A DNA stretch of 64,000 bases from Octopus vulgaris (Eukaryota), in the NCBI GenBank assembly GCA_951406725.2, contig OX597816.1:61876001-61940000 (forward strand), written 5' to 3'. The position numbers and the translations under genes were made by a program. A model generated the notes under the pieces. The model did not search any database. It was not told the DNA's origin and worked only from the letters and a program-made list of their open reading frames with translations. Below, one piece after another: positions 52,118 through 64,000 of the stretch (position 1 is the stretch's first letter; each line of letters starts with the position of its first letter).

Positions 52118-53990
52118 GGGTGTGTGTGTGCATAAATATATACATATATATATATGTGTGTGTATATGTTTGTGTATATAAATAGAAATATATGTATTTA
52201 TTTATCAATGTATATATATATATGTGTATATATATATGTGTGTGTGTGTATATAAGTATATGTATTTATATATATATTTATATATATATGAATGAATATA
52301 TATATATATATTTATACAAATGTATATGTTTATATACCTATATGAATGTATATATATATATATATATCAAGTGAGAGAAAATGATAGATATGCACGCATA
52401 CATATATATAAGCGCACTTGCATTCATCTATATAGTTGTGTTTGTAATATATATATATATATCAATCTATATTATACACACATACACACAAACACATGTA
52501 TGTATCTCAAATATGGAATGAATAATACATGCACACTCAAATAGTCACATGAGCACAAAAGTATTCGCATTTTTTTTGCTCAGAGATAAAATGTCTTATG
52601 AAAAACATTCATGCATATGAAATTTTTTCTGTACGGAATTGTATTATTTTTCCAGCTTTGTAAACATTGAAGCGAGGAAATGTAAGCGCTCTAGCTAGCC
52701 TAAAGTGAAAGTAATATTTCGTGTTGAATATTATCTGGCAAATCTAATGCATATTATTTATGCTTTAAATGCGGCTACCGAAGCCACTTGCATACTTCAC
52801 TTAATTCAAGCGATGTTCCAAATAAGATGGCAAACATTTGAACTGTCTGAAATTGCTTTAAGGGTCTTAAGTTATGTTTTACGACTTCGGGCCATTTGTT
52901 AGCAGAAAAAAAAACACATACACATACACAAAATAAAACAAATATATGAGTAAATTATTGGGTTATAAGAAGGATCATGTGTCATTTAATTATGATATGC
53001 CACGCTTATACTTCTCGACTCAAGATATTCGCTTCTTCAATCATTGAATGATTCACAACGGAAAGAAAAGAAAAACTCGTAAAAAAATCAAAACCAAGTG
53101 GAAAAACCAAAAAGAAACGAAACAAAAATCAATATTATCACTGTGTTTCGCATAACTTTCTATCGATGTGGATGTTAAGTAATTATTGGAACTTTCAGCA
53201 TAACCAAAACCAAATCCGTTTTTGATTTGAAATTTAAATTTGATAATTTGTTCAATGGGAAAGGTAAACGTTGGAACTAAAGTGAAGCAAAACAAAATTA
53301 TAATTAGATTCAGCATTTTTATATTCCTTTAGTTCGGTATTTATTTTATATTTTAAAATCTGTATTTAGAAGTTAGTATTCACCAATAAAACAAAATTCA
53401 TTTTTCTCTGCTGGTTTATTGTCCCTAAACTTAAAAGCAACATATTACTGACCGAATCTTTTCTGGTTTATAATTAAAGTGCAATCCGTTTATTTGCTGG
53501 CAATATCAGAAGAGAAACAAAGGTCATATCTGAAATATTGCCGTTCAGCTTTTGAACGCCATACATTTTCAAATATCTTGTTTTGTTAATTTTACTTTTC
53601 ATATGATATTTAATGCATTCTTTCTGTTTCCCCCTCTTTCCATTCTCTATGTCTCCGGCACACATTGTTTTTTTTTTTTTTATATATGCTTTTTTATTTG
53701 TCCATTATTTTTTCTTTATTCTCTGTCGATTGGTGGTTCGCAAAGTTTATGTCAGGATTAATTTGATATTTATGCATAATTTTTCCCCTTGGTAATCTTT
53801 AACATCACTGTTATTGTTTGGCTAGAATGGATAAAAAGACAAAGATATAAATAAAACTCTATCAGATAAATATCCTTGTCCAGCCATGCTAGCTGTAATT
53901 ACTTTCAAGTTGATATATGATCAATGATAAACAGAGTTAATTCCTGTTTCGATAATTAAACGATTACATTTAAATCATTATATACACAAT

Positions 53991-54050
<60 letters not shown>

Positions 54051-55740
54051 TAAATAAATAAAAAAGAATGTGATCTAAGGGAAATAACTCAATAAGCCGT
54101 ATGGATTGAGATAAATCAAATACATACTGCTAAATGAAATGACGTACGCAAAAAAATCTTTATCAATTAAAATTTTCCACTTATTTGGAGAAAGAAAATA
54201 AACATCATGTGGTATTCTTCAGCGATTTACAAAGAAAGTGAGAAAAAATTTCAATGAATTAAGAATTGAAATAAAAAGTTTAAAATAGCTTTTCGTATTT
54301 AAGGGAAAATCTGATGTTTGATACTGATTGCAAGAGAGAAGCAGATACGTTTCAAAATTGTTGCATCTCGTCAGAAAATCATACGTCACGCATCTGCCTG
54401 ATCCAATGCACACAAGTTTTGACGTACAAGGAGGACACGAATAATTTTGAGCCGCAGGAATTTAATAAAATAACCATAATGAATTAAAGGTCCCTTAGTT
54501 GGAGAAAATACCCCTGGCGGTTTTTATTAGCCATTCATAAAAAAAAGGGGGTGGAAATAATTTGAATAAAGGAAGATTCAATAGAAAAGAATAATACTCA
54601 TACTTAAGGTAACAGGCTTCCCATGTTACTGGGGAGGCTAACAGTAATGGACGTAATCGGTTTTCCATGTTATCAAGTGGCAAAACCTGCCAGCCAATCA
54701 AGTAAGCAACCAAAGAACCACGCAATCAACTCACCCAACACCCACCCACCCACTAAGCAACCAACCAAATAGTCAACTAACCAACTAAGAATACCTGCTG
54801 GGCGCCAGCTAGGAAGCAGTTTGGCTGAATGACAAGATTATAAAGGTACTTCTACGTAGTTGCTGGCCCTACTTGATATAGCAGCCAAATCTCTCTGAAA
54901 TCACACTATACTTATTTTAGCAAGATTTTATCTCTGACCAACTGGATAATGTTGTGCAAAATATAGTATATTCAAAGAAACGGTAAGGGGGCAAGCTGGC
55001 AGAATCTTCAGCATGCCGAGTTCAAGTTCCGCCGAAGCCTTCATGCTTTTGGGGTCGATAAAATTAGCGCCATTTAAGCACTGGGGACAAATCACAAGAA
55101 AGCGGAATACTCAGAGCAAGAATACTACTGATGATGGTTCTGTTAGACCAGAGCTGGCCTTGGTCTAAAGATGAACAACAAGAACAACAACAACAGCATT
55201 AAGAACGATCTTGGTAGGGTTTCTTGGCAACCCCACCAAGAAACAAACCTCAATATCAGTTTATTTACAATTAAATAAGTCGCTCTAAATAACCCAACAC
55301 ACTTTTGAAGGATGGTAACCCTGTTGTGCTTACATAAACTCTCAGAATCAGCAGTGAAATCCTCATCGAATTACATTCTTTGGCGAATAGGTTCCCTCGT
55401 AAGCTAGCGTTACTTGAAGTTATATCCACATTGAATAGCATATATCAAACAAATATACTGTTGTTATATAACTGTTGTCCTGTAAATGCGGTACACATTA
55501 TAGTTCCATTGCTGGGGTGTGAGCAAGATAAACAATAATTAGGGAGATCCGTACGCAATTAAAGTCATTCATTATATTACTGTTGCTGACGCTATGTAAT
55601 TCCAGATCAACCTTAACCAAGAAGATTGTGATTAAGTGTTCCATCCATACATTATCATACCGATTTTTCTTCGGTAGGATTTTTCTTCGGTAGGATTGTA
55701 TCATCCAAAGTTTACTTTCATTTTTAAGATGATGGAGATA

Positions 55741-56129
55741 GGCGTGTGAGTGGCTGTGAGTGCTTACCAACCACATGGTTCCGTGTTCAGGCCCACTGCG
55801 TGGCACCTTGGGCAAGTGTCTTCTACTATAGTCTCGGGCCGAACAAAGACTTATGAGTGGATCTGGTAGACGGAAATTGAAAATAAAAGCCCGTCGTATA
55901 TATATATATATATGTGTGTGTGTGTGCGTCTGTGTGTGTGTGTCTGTGTTTGTCTACCCAGCATCGCTTGACAACCGATGCTGGTGTGTTTACGGTTCGG
56001 CAAAAGTGACCAATAGAATAAGTACTAGGCTTACAAAGAATACGTCCTGGAGTCGATTTGCGCGATTAAAGGCGGTGCTCCAGCATGTCCTCAGTCAAAT
56101 GACTGAAACAAGTAAAAGATTAAAGAGAT
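55741..56129 (+). mobile_element. SINE family A
   Basis: Homology to family A. Confidence 0.9.
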
Positions 56130-56520
56130 TGTGATGTGGTTTCACAGAGAATTGATTGCTATTTCTACCAAGTAGAGTGAATGCATAGATCCACCAGTTG
56201 TACTTCCATTGATTGTTATTCAATGATGCTTTGCAATGAGACTGGCGGAACTCGTTATATCCAATACAGAATCATAGCATTTGAAATGGAGTATTACATG
56301 TAGGTGCTTCACATCTCATATACTGAACATCAAACAAATACGAATGATGGAAATGGAGTTGTTGAGAAAACTGCGAGCACCTAAACTATTCAGTCAGTAG
56401 TTAAAAAGAAATGTTTCTCTCTTGTTAGGAAAGATACCATGACACTATTTCTAGCATGGAAAACATACTCGGTAAGGGATGTATCCGAACACAATAAAGA
56501 AGAGGTTAGGTAATATTATA

Positions 56521-57091
56521 TTGGGTTGTCCGGAAAGTTCGTGCCGATTTTTAAAAGAAAGAAAAAGGTCAATAAATACTTGACATTACATTTTAAAAGT
56601 AATCAACCAAATATGAACAATTTTGTTGCACAATGTGTCTCCATCTTTCCTTTAACTTGAAAATACCCTCTTCCCAGAACTGAAGTGGTTTCATGGCAAA
56701 GGATTCATCAAGGTATCTTTTTACGTCACCCAAGCTATTGAACTTTTTACCATTAAGACTATTCTGCAGAGACCTGAATACGTGGAAACCCAAAGGAGCA
56801 ATATCTGGTGAATATAGAGGGTGGAGTAACGCATCCCAGCCAAGCTGCAGTAATTTTTGTCTGGTTCCCAAAGCATCAAGTGCCGAAAATGAACTTTCTT
56901 ATCTTTCATTTTGAAGGGTTACAGAATTAACACAGGTTATAGGAACATAAACCTTCTTCCACGAAAAGATAGCCTAAACTGTGCTCTAAATGGAAGTGTA
57001 GTCAAATCCTCTTTTATGGACTCAACCATGCTCTAAAATAAGTCGAAAGCTAAGCTACAATAAATCGGCACGAACTTACCAGACAACCAAA
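56521..57091 (-). mobile_element. Non-autonomous mellifera-like mariner, second complete copy, TA TSD
   Basis: Both TIRs present; MKDKKVHFRHLMLW joined to TRQKLLQLGWDALLHPLYSPDIAP..WEEGIFKLKERW. Confidence 0.95.
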
Positions 57092-57462
57092 TAGTATGGA
57101 CATGGAGGAAGATGGTAGAAAGATGGAGTTACTTAATGACCATGGTAAAAGAAGGAAGCGGACTGCGTCTCTTGCTATTCAATTTCGGTCGTAGGTATAC
57201 AACAATACAGACATACATACACAAGCACGTACATATGTACATACATATATACACATATACATACGCACACATACACGTGTACAGACGCACATACACACAC
57301 ATGATAATACTTGGTAATTCTGCTACTAACTCACTACCTATAAAAGTAAATTGCTTTCTGTTTGAGTTGGCTAACGCCTGAAAATACATGCATACATGTA
57401 AGTAATATGTATAAATGTATGTGTGTGTATGCATATATACACATACATATACATACACAGTG

Positions 57463-57524
<62 letters not shown>

Positions 57525-57529
57525 ATACA

Positions 57530-57731
57530 CAGGACTGGCCACAAATTACCCGACAGTAATTCTGTATTGATTCGAATGGAAAAATCTGTCGCTCAAGAAG
57601 GACTTCAGTTTGAACAATTTTCCTATTTCATATTTAGATGCTTTTTTTAAATTCATTCAGTTGTTAAACATAAATAAATCTTGGAATTAAATGGTTTTGA
57701 TTTACTCTCAGGTGACTTTTGACCAACCCTG
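57530..57731. mobile_element. Tc1/mariner-type MITE (~200 bp) with ~30-bp imperfect TIRs
   Basis: CAGGACTGGCCACAAATTACCCGACAGTAA versus reverse complement CAGGGTTGGTCAAAAGTCACCTGAGAGTAA; TA at right end. Confidence 0.65.
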
Positions 57732-58261
57732 TATACACACGCGCACACAAACACTTTTGTATATAAATTTATGAAAAGACACATCGGTATTGCATCTCTC
57801 CATTCTCGTGGAACTAATGAACCATTCCACATGTTGACAATTAGTGTGGCATTAAGATCGGCCATGCTGAATAACCTGAGATGATGCAGTATCACAACTC
57901 CCAGAGGTTTTTCCTGAATTTATCTATCCGATGGTAATAATGACTTCATCTATATTTGGATTACTATCCATTTCCTTAATAAAATAATTCTATGGAGCAT
58001 CTTGTATGACATTCTTATCTATTGTGGATGAGTTGTGAAAAAAAACAAAAACAAGAAGACACCTCTGAAACGTTTGTTCTTCGTTTCAAACTGACTTAGT
58101 ATCACTGATCATGGTGAACACAGCCTTAAAATTGAGTGAGTTGTATTTTATTTTAGCTTTTACCAAGCTAGAAATTTGGGTGGGTGTCCCTTTTGTCGAA
58201 AGTAAGTTGAATATCTGTAGATATGCTTGACAACCACAGAGGAGACACCTGTCTTTGAAAT

Positions 58262-58452
58262 TAAGGGCGTTGCACACATGATTGTGAGATTGTGGTTTCG
58301 ATTCCTGGGCGTTGTGTTCTTCAGTAAAGCACTTCATTTCGCGTTGCTCCAGTCCACGAAGGTGGCAAAATTGAGTATTTCTGCGACGGCCCGGTGTCCC
58401 GTCCAGGGGCCAGTATAAGCCAGAGAATCCAGAAAACTATCCCCTATGAGTC
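58262..58452 (+). mobile_element. Diverged SINE with family C core and family B-type tail
   Basis: TTGTGTTCTTCAGTAAAGCACTTCATTTCGCGTTGCTCCAG followed by CTGCGACGGCCCGGTGTCCCGTCCAG..CCCTATGAG. Confidence 0.6.
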
Positions 58453-58661
58453 TATATGAATTACTGCTCTTTAATAATTAATCTTTCTTCAAAATTGTTA
58501 CCACGAGAGAAACTCGTAGTAAGTAGCTTGTTTACCAACCACATGGTTCCAGGTTCAGTCCCACTGCGTGGCACCTTGGGCAAGTGTCTTCTACTATAGC
58601 CTCGAGTCGATCAAAGCCTTGTGAGTGGATTTGATAGACGGAAACGGAAAGAAGCCCGTCG

Positions 58662-58700
<39 letters not shown>

Positions 58701-58703
<3 letters not shown>

Positions 58704-59170
58704 TTAGAGACAAAACCACTATTTTGTAAATGAAACAAGGACAGACTTAATCAATACATAAAAAAATTTTAATATAAAGTAAATAAATCGCCACTACAAT
58801 TGTTTCCTGTCTTCAAATGACATTCATCAGGTGGATTTCATATCTAAAAATATCAATTTTTTAAAAAATAAATTTAAAATGGCTAAAACTATAAATAATA
58901 TAAATATATCAATGAAAAAATATAAAAATATATAATCTATATATAATCTATATATAATCTATATATAATCAATATATAATCAAGAACTAAAATAACCTCT
59001 ATAAACAATTGAATATAAAGAAACCTATTATTAAAGTTCTCATATTTAAAGATGAAGAATCTAATTTCAAAAAACAAAATAATTAATATTATATAATATT
59101 TTACTATAAAATTGGATTCAATCCTAAATCTGATTTTTCCCTGTAAATTTGGATTTATTCCCTAATATTT

Positions 59171-59175
<5 letters not shown>
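58701..59175. mobile_element. AT-rich Penelope-like terminal-repeat element nested in a SINE
   Basis: Both ends homologous to 38752-39008; carries a hammerhead; flanked by (TA)n. Confidence 0.7.
58791..58834 (-). ncRNA. Minimal type-I hammerhead ribozyme
   Basis: - strand reads CCAC CUGAUGA A-UGUC AUUUGAA GACA-G GAAA C AAUU GUA^ GUGG: stem I CCAC/GUGG, complete core, palindromic stem III ACAAUUGU; closing pair of stem II is an A-G mismatch. Confidence 0.75.
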
Positions 59176-59235
<60 letters not shown>

Positions 59236-60444
59236 TGTGTGTGTGTTTGTGTGTCTGTGTTTGTCCCCCTAGCATTGCTTGACAACCGATGCTGGTGTGT
59301 TTATGTCCCCGTTACTTAGCAGTTCGGCAAAAGTGACCGATAGAATAAGTACTGGGCTTACAAAAGAATAAGTCCCGGGGTCGAGTTGCTCGATTAAAGG
59401 CGGTACTCCAGCATGGCCGCAGTCAAATGACTGAAACAAGTAAAAGAGTAAAGGAGTATATTGATTTTTGGTGAAATATGCTCTCTTGTATATATCGCTA
59501 TCGGGCAGATATTTCCCCGCTACTTCTAGCGCCGAGGCCATCAGTTTATGTGATTTCGACCTTCTTTGGTTTTGTCTATGATAGTCGCTTGATCACTGGA
59601 AATAGTAGGAATTCTTCCCCCCCCCCCACACGCCGCTGGTAATATACAGAATAGAAATTATATAACAGGCGCTTGCGTCATGATTAGCCAGTGAGCATAC
59701 TAAAGAAAGATAGATTAACGACAGAGGCAATGTTAATACCAATTAGTAATATTTATGCCAACTTCTACGTGGATGTTCCCTTAGAACAAACTATAATACA
59801 GCTGACATCATGAAAGGAACTAAGAAACACTTTTGATAAAGCAAAAGAAAAATGCATTGTTGGAAGTTTTGGAAAGGTTGTCATGGCAACCTAATTTTGT
59901 TTATATGTTTGCCAAACAATACACAGGTATGAAAGCCTATTTCAAATTTTTCACCAAAAAATCTAGACCTACACCAACTTCAATGTTAATATACTTTCCA
60001 GCACTAATTTTCCATGCGTTTCTGAACTGTGATTTAGAAATATCCACCGCTATCGCACAACATATAATCCGCTTAATCTGATTTGTTTCTGATGCTAAAT
60101 AATTCACCTAATTTGATAAAACTCTAACCTCGTTTTCGGAAAAAAGTTATATCATTTCTTCAATCCACGAGGATTCAATATTACTAACAAGTATGACACC
60201 ATTACAACAAATTTCCTCGAACTAACATCCAATCTATATCGCTCTCTGTTCAATTTTTATCATAAACTAATCCAATTAATTACATACATCGTTTATAAAT
60301 CATTAATTATATCCAACAGAATTTTCTAAAACACATCACTTAGCATTTCGAAATTTTCTGAGAGCAGATATTCTATGAATTTTCAACTTATACTGACGCT
60401 TTGGCAAAAAGTATTTATGAAAAAATTAGCTATCTTTCACCTTT

Positions 60445-60800
60445 TGCTTGTTCCATTCACTGGACTGCGGCCATGTTGGGGCACCGTCTTACAGTTTTAG
60501 TCGATCAAACCACTGTGCCCTAAGTAATTATTTTTAAAATCTGGCACTTATTCGATCCTCCTCTTTTGCCAAACCGGTAAGTTACGGGTGTGATAACGAA
60601 CCAACTCCGATTGCCAAGCAGTGGTGATTCACACACACACACGCATACACACATACATATACATGTATATACGACAGGCTTCTTTCAGTTTTCTTCTACT
60701 AAATCTACTCACAAGGACATTGATCGGCCCAAGGTATCGCACACTAGAAGTGAACCCGAGACCACATGATTAAGAAGCAAGCTTGTTACGCACACAACAA
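60445..60800 (-). mobile_element. Older SINE family A copy
   Basis: Diverged reverse-complement homology. Confidence 0.75.
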
Positions 60801-60956
60801 CACCGATGAACTGAAAAAATAGATAATTAAAACGGAAGAACTCACAAAGTATCAACAATGAAAATGCAAAATAAAATTGATTAGAAATACTCAATATAAT
60901 AGAAGTAGCTCAAACAGCTCAGTACTTTTTAAAGTATTTCACTCACTCCATAGATT

Positions 60957-61352
60957 GGGTGTGTGCTAAGTACCTTGCTTACCCCCCACACGGTTTCGGG
61001 ATCAGTCCCACTATGTGGCACCTTGGGCAAGTGTCTTCTATAGCCTCGGGCCGACCAAAGCCTTGTGAGTGGTTGTGATAGACGGAAACTGAAAGAAGCC
61101 CGTCGTATATATGTATATACATATATATATAAGTGTGTATGTATATGTTTGTGCGTATGTTTTTGTACCCCCAACATCGCTTGACAACCAATGCTGGTCT
61201 GTTTACGTCCCCGTAACTTAGCGGTTCGGCAAAAGAGACCGATAGAATAAATAATAGGATTACAAAGAACAAGTCCTAGGGTCGATTTGCTCGACTAAAG
61301 GCGGTGCTCGAGCATGACCACAGTCAAATGACTAAAACAAGTAAATGAGTAA
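60957..61352 (+). mobile_element. SINE family A
   Basis: Homology to family A. Confidence 0.9.
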
Positions 61353-61369
61353 ATTATTATTATTCATGT

Positions 61370-61434
61370 CAGTGCCTGAAATCGAACTCGAAATTTTGGG
61401 GTTGGTAACCCGTGCTCTTAACCACTACGCCATA
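61370..61434 (-). pseudogene. Isolated tRNA-like (A/B-box) sequence, probably repeat-derived
   Basis: TGGCGTAGTGGTTAAGAGCACGGG..GAGTTCGATTTCAGGC; no clean acceptor stem. Confidence 0.5.
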
Positions 61435-61505
61435 TGAGGACAAATATCTGTCAAATCTAAATAATGTGCATAATTCCTCATCTCTTAAATAGAGAATTGT
61501 ATGTT

Positions 61506-61640
61506 GCTTATTTTATCGACCCTGAGAGGATGCAAGGTAAAGTCGACCTCGGCAGAATTTGAACTCAGAACGTAAAGACAGGTGCAATGCGTTAAGCGCT
61601 TTGTCTGGTATGCTAACAATCCTGCTAGTTCGCCGCCTTT
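61506..61640 (-). mobile_element. SINE family D, partial
   Basis: AAAGTCGACCTCGGCAGAATTTGAACTCAGAACG. Confidence 0.8.
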
Positions 61641-62043
61641 AATGAATGGAAGTAATATCTGATTAACTGAACCAAACGAAGTGCAACTGCAGCCTTTAAA
61701 TCATCAATGTTCGTCTAAATGACGAGGAATGACGTAGTTGAAAATCTTGGTGGATATGAGTTTATGAACGAACAGTGGGAAAGGCGTACATTTCTAAGGT
61801 GCTGGTATAATGAGTCAAGTATGGGACATTCGTGATATTTTCATTGATTTTTCTAGAAACATTAAGCCAAATATATTCTTTAGAAATGAGAAACAAAGAG
61901 GGAGAGAAGGAGAATAGAAAGAGACAATGAGAAGGAAAGAAAGAGACAGAAAGTTAGAGAAAAAGAGAGCGCGTGAGTGTGTCGGAGTGAGAGGAGAGCG
62001 GAAGCATATTTAAGAAAGAAGATGAAGTTCTAAATTTTAAAAA

Positions 62044-62268
62044 TTTCTTTATTGGCCACAGTGGGGGTTAAACATAGCGGGGACAAACAAAGAGAGACAA
62101 AGGGATTATGTTGGTTACATCGACCCAAGTGCGTAAATGGTACTTATTTAATGGACCCCGAAAAGGATGAAAGGCAAAGTCAACCTAGGCGGAATTTGAA
62201 CTCAGAGCGTAGCGGCAGACGAAAAACCGCTAAGCATTTCGTCCGGCGTGCTAATGATTCTGCCGGCT
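62044..62268 (-). mobile_element. SINE family D
   Basis: Homology to 21012-21242. Confidence 0.85.
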
Positions 62269-62384
62269 TTGATTTCGCATATTAGTAAAAGTGACAGAGA
62301 TTCATGCAATTCATATGAAATATCTACAAACCGAAAATATAAAATAAAGGTGTCGGGCCTGATCAATAGGAAGTGGTTGCTACA

Positions 62385-62598
62385 CGAGGGGTTGCCGAAG
62401 AGTTCTTGGGTTTAAGGATCTCTTGAAAGGTCTGGTTGGAGGCCGAACATTCCGAGTTCTTTGACAGACTGAAAACCTGAAGGACTTCTGCAATGAGTGT
62501 GTGAATCTTAGAGGAGGATATGTTGAATAAAATTATAATTAACCGATCCTGTTGTATTTTCTTTTACCCAGAGTCAGAAATACTTCAGCACCCCCTCA
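62385..62598 (+). mobile_element. Mariner-derived MITE
   Basis: TIRs CGAGGGGTTGCCGAAG / CTTCAGCACCCCCTCA|TA; remnant ECVNLRGGYVE*. Confidence 0.78.
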
Positions 62599-62772
62599 TA
62601 ATTTTCAATTGGGATCAAGCAAACTCATGGCAAAAAAATAAAAAAAGAATCATTATATTTATGGTTATCTATTTTTATCTCTTCTTTTTCTTTTTAAGAT
62701 GATGTCAGTTTAGAATTCTTCAAAGTTTTCTATGTTTTTGTATGACGTTATTATCTGTTATCTTTGCTTTTA

Positions 62773-63067
62773 ATCTTTTACTAGTTTCAGTCATTGGACT
62801 GTGGCCATACTTGGGCACCGCTTTGAAGGGTTTAGTCGAACAAATCTCCTTGGTACTTGTTAAGTCGGTTACTGTCTCTCTCTTTTATATGCGGCCATGA
62901 TGGAGCAGCGCCTTTAGTCGAGCAAATCGATCTCAGGACTTATTCTTTGTAAGCCTAGTACTTATTCTATCGGTCTCTTTTGCCGAGCCGGTAAGATACG
63001 GGGACGTAAACACACCAACATCGGTTGTCAAGTGATGTTGGGGGGGGGGGCAAACACAGACGCACAA

Positions 63068-63104
<37 letters not shown>

Positions 63105-63543
63105 CATATACATATATACGACGGGCTTCTTTCACTTTCCGTCTACCAAATCCACTCACAAGGCATTGATCGGCTCGAGGCTATAGTAGAAAACACTTCT
63201 TGCCCAAGGTGCTACGCATTGGGACTGAACCAGGACCATGTGGTTGGTAAGCAAACTGCTTACCACACAGCCACTCCTGCACCTATTTATTTTACCAACA
63301 TCTAATGCCTAGCCGCTAACTTACGGAGACGTAGACAAACACGAACACACATATACGCATACATGCATACGTATGTGCGACGGGCTTCCACACAGTTTCC
63401 TTTTACCGAATTCACTCACAAAGCATTGGTCGGTCCGGAGCTATAGGAGAGGGCACTTACCTCAGGTGCCGGGCAGTTAAACTGAACTCGAAATCACGTG
63501 GTTGCAAAGTGGGCTTTTCACCGACACAGCCATGCCTGTGCCT
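62773..63543 (-). mobile_element. Stack of SINE family A copies (tail fragment 62773-62870, full copy 62890-63285, older copy 63310-63543)
   Basis: Reverse-complement homology to family A. Confidence 0.85.
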
Positions 63544-64000
63544 CTAGATCATTGCTCTACCAAAATGTCCTACATTTTTTAAAGACGGTTGAATGGGTAT
63601 AAAGGTTTCTCTTCCCCCTCTCTCTGTCTTTGTCTCTATTTGTCTATTTGTTTACCTCTGTCTGTATGTCTCTCTGTCTCTCACAGTTTCTCCGAATCCT
63701 TGATTCGATAAAAGAGAAGTTAACTTGTTAGCGAAGGCGCTCAAACGACGTAGAACCCCGATTACCTAAATACTAATAGTGAAAGTGTAAATTCTTCGTT
63801 GAGAACTTTTAACTGAAAACAAAACTGAAATATTAAACAAAAGGATATAATTCCCAGTAGTTTTCTGTCATATTTCTCATTTCAACATGATTAACCGTGA
63901 CATTATAAACACAGCTAAACTCAAAACAATATATCAAAGCTTTATTTTTGGCTTTTAAAACAATAACAACACAGAAGAGAAATTTTTAAAAAATGAGAGA

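Larger units (their letters stand above)
58519..59459 (+). mobile_element. SINE family A split by a ~475-bp insertion in its central TA microsatellite
   Basis: 5' half 58519-58700, 3' half 59231-59459, colinear with intact copies. Confidence 0.92.

Overview
AT-rich eukaryotic (animal) genomic DNA, most likely intronic/intergenic sequence of an octopus (coleoid cephalopod). The host call is inferred from recalled SINE families and repeat landscape, not from a database hit. Almost all listed ORFs are translations of (TA)n/(CA)n/(TATG)n microsatellites. Real content: ~30 tRNA-head SINE copies in four families (called A-D here); a near-intact 1.29-kb irritans-type mariner; three copies of a non-autonomous mellifera-type mariner; two MITE types; a young 5'-truncated RTE (BovB-like) LINE; a rearranged older RTE-X-like LINE; an R4/Dong-type RLE LINE remnant beside an (ATT)n-flanked non-coding element; and several Penelope-like remnants. 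The Penelope-like remnants include a GIY-YIG fragment, fold-back terminal repeats inserted in TA arrays, and a minimal type-I hammerhead ribozyme at 58791-58834 (-). One well-formed + strand coding exon (7971-8138) and weaker exon candidates suggest the window lies inside a large-intron gene, possibly for a secreted protein. No prokaryotic-type system (CRISPR, operon, phage) is present.
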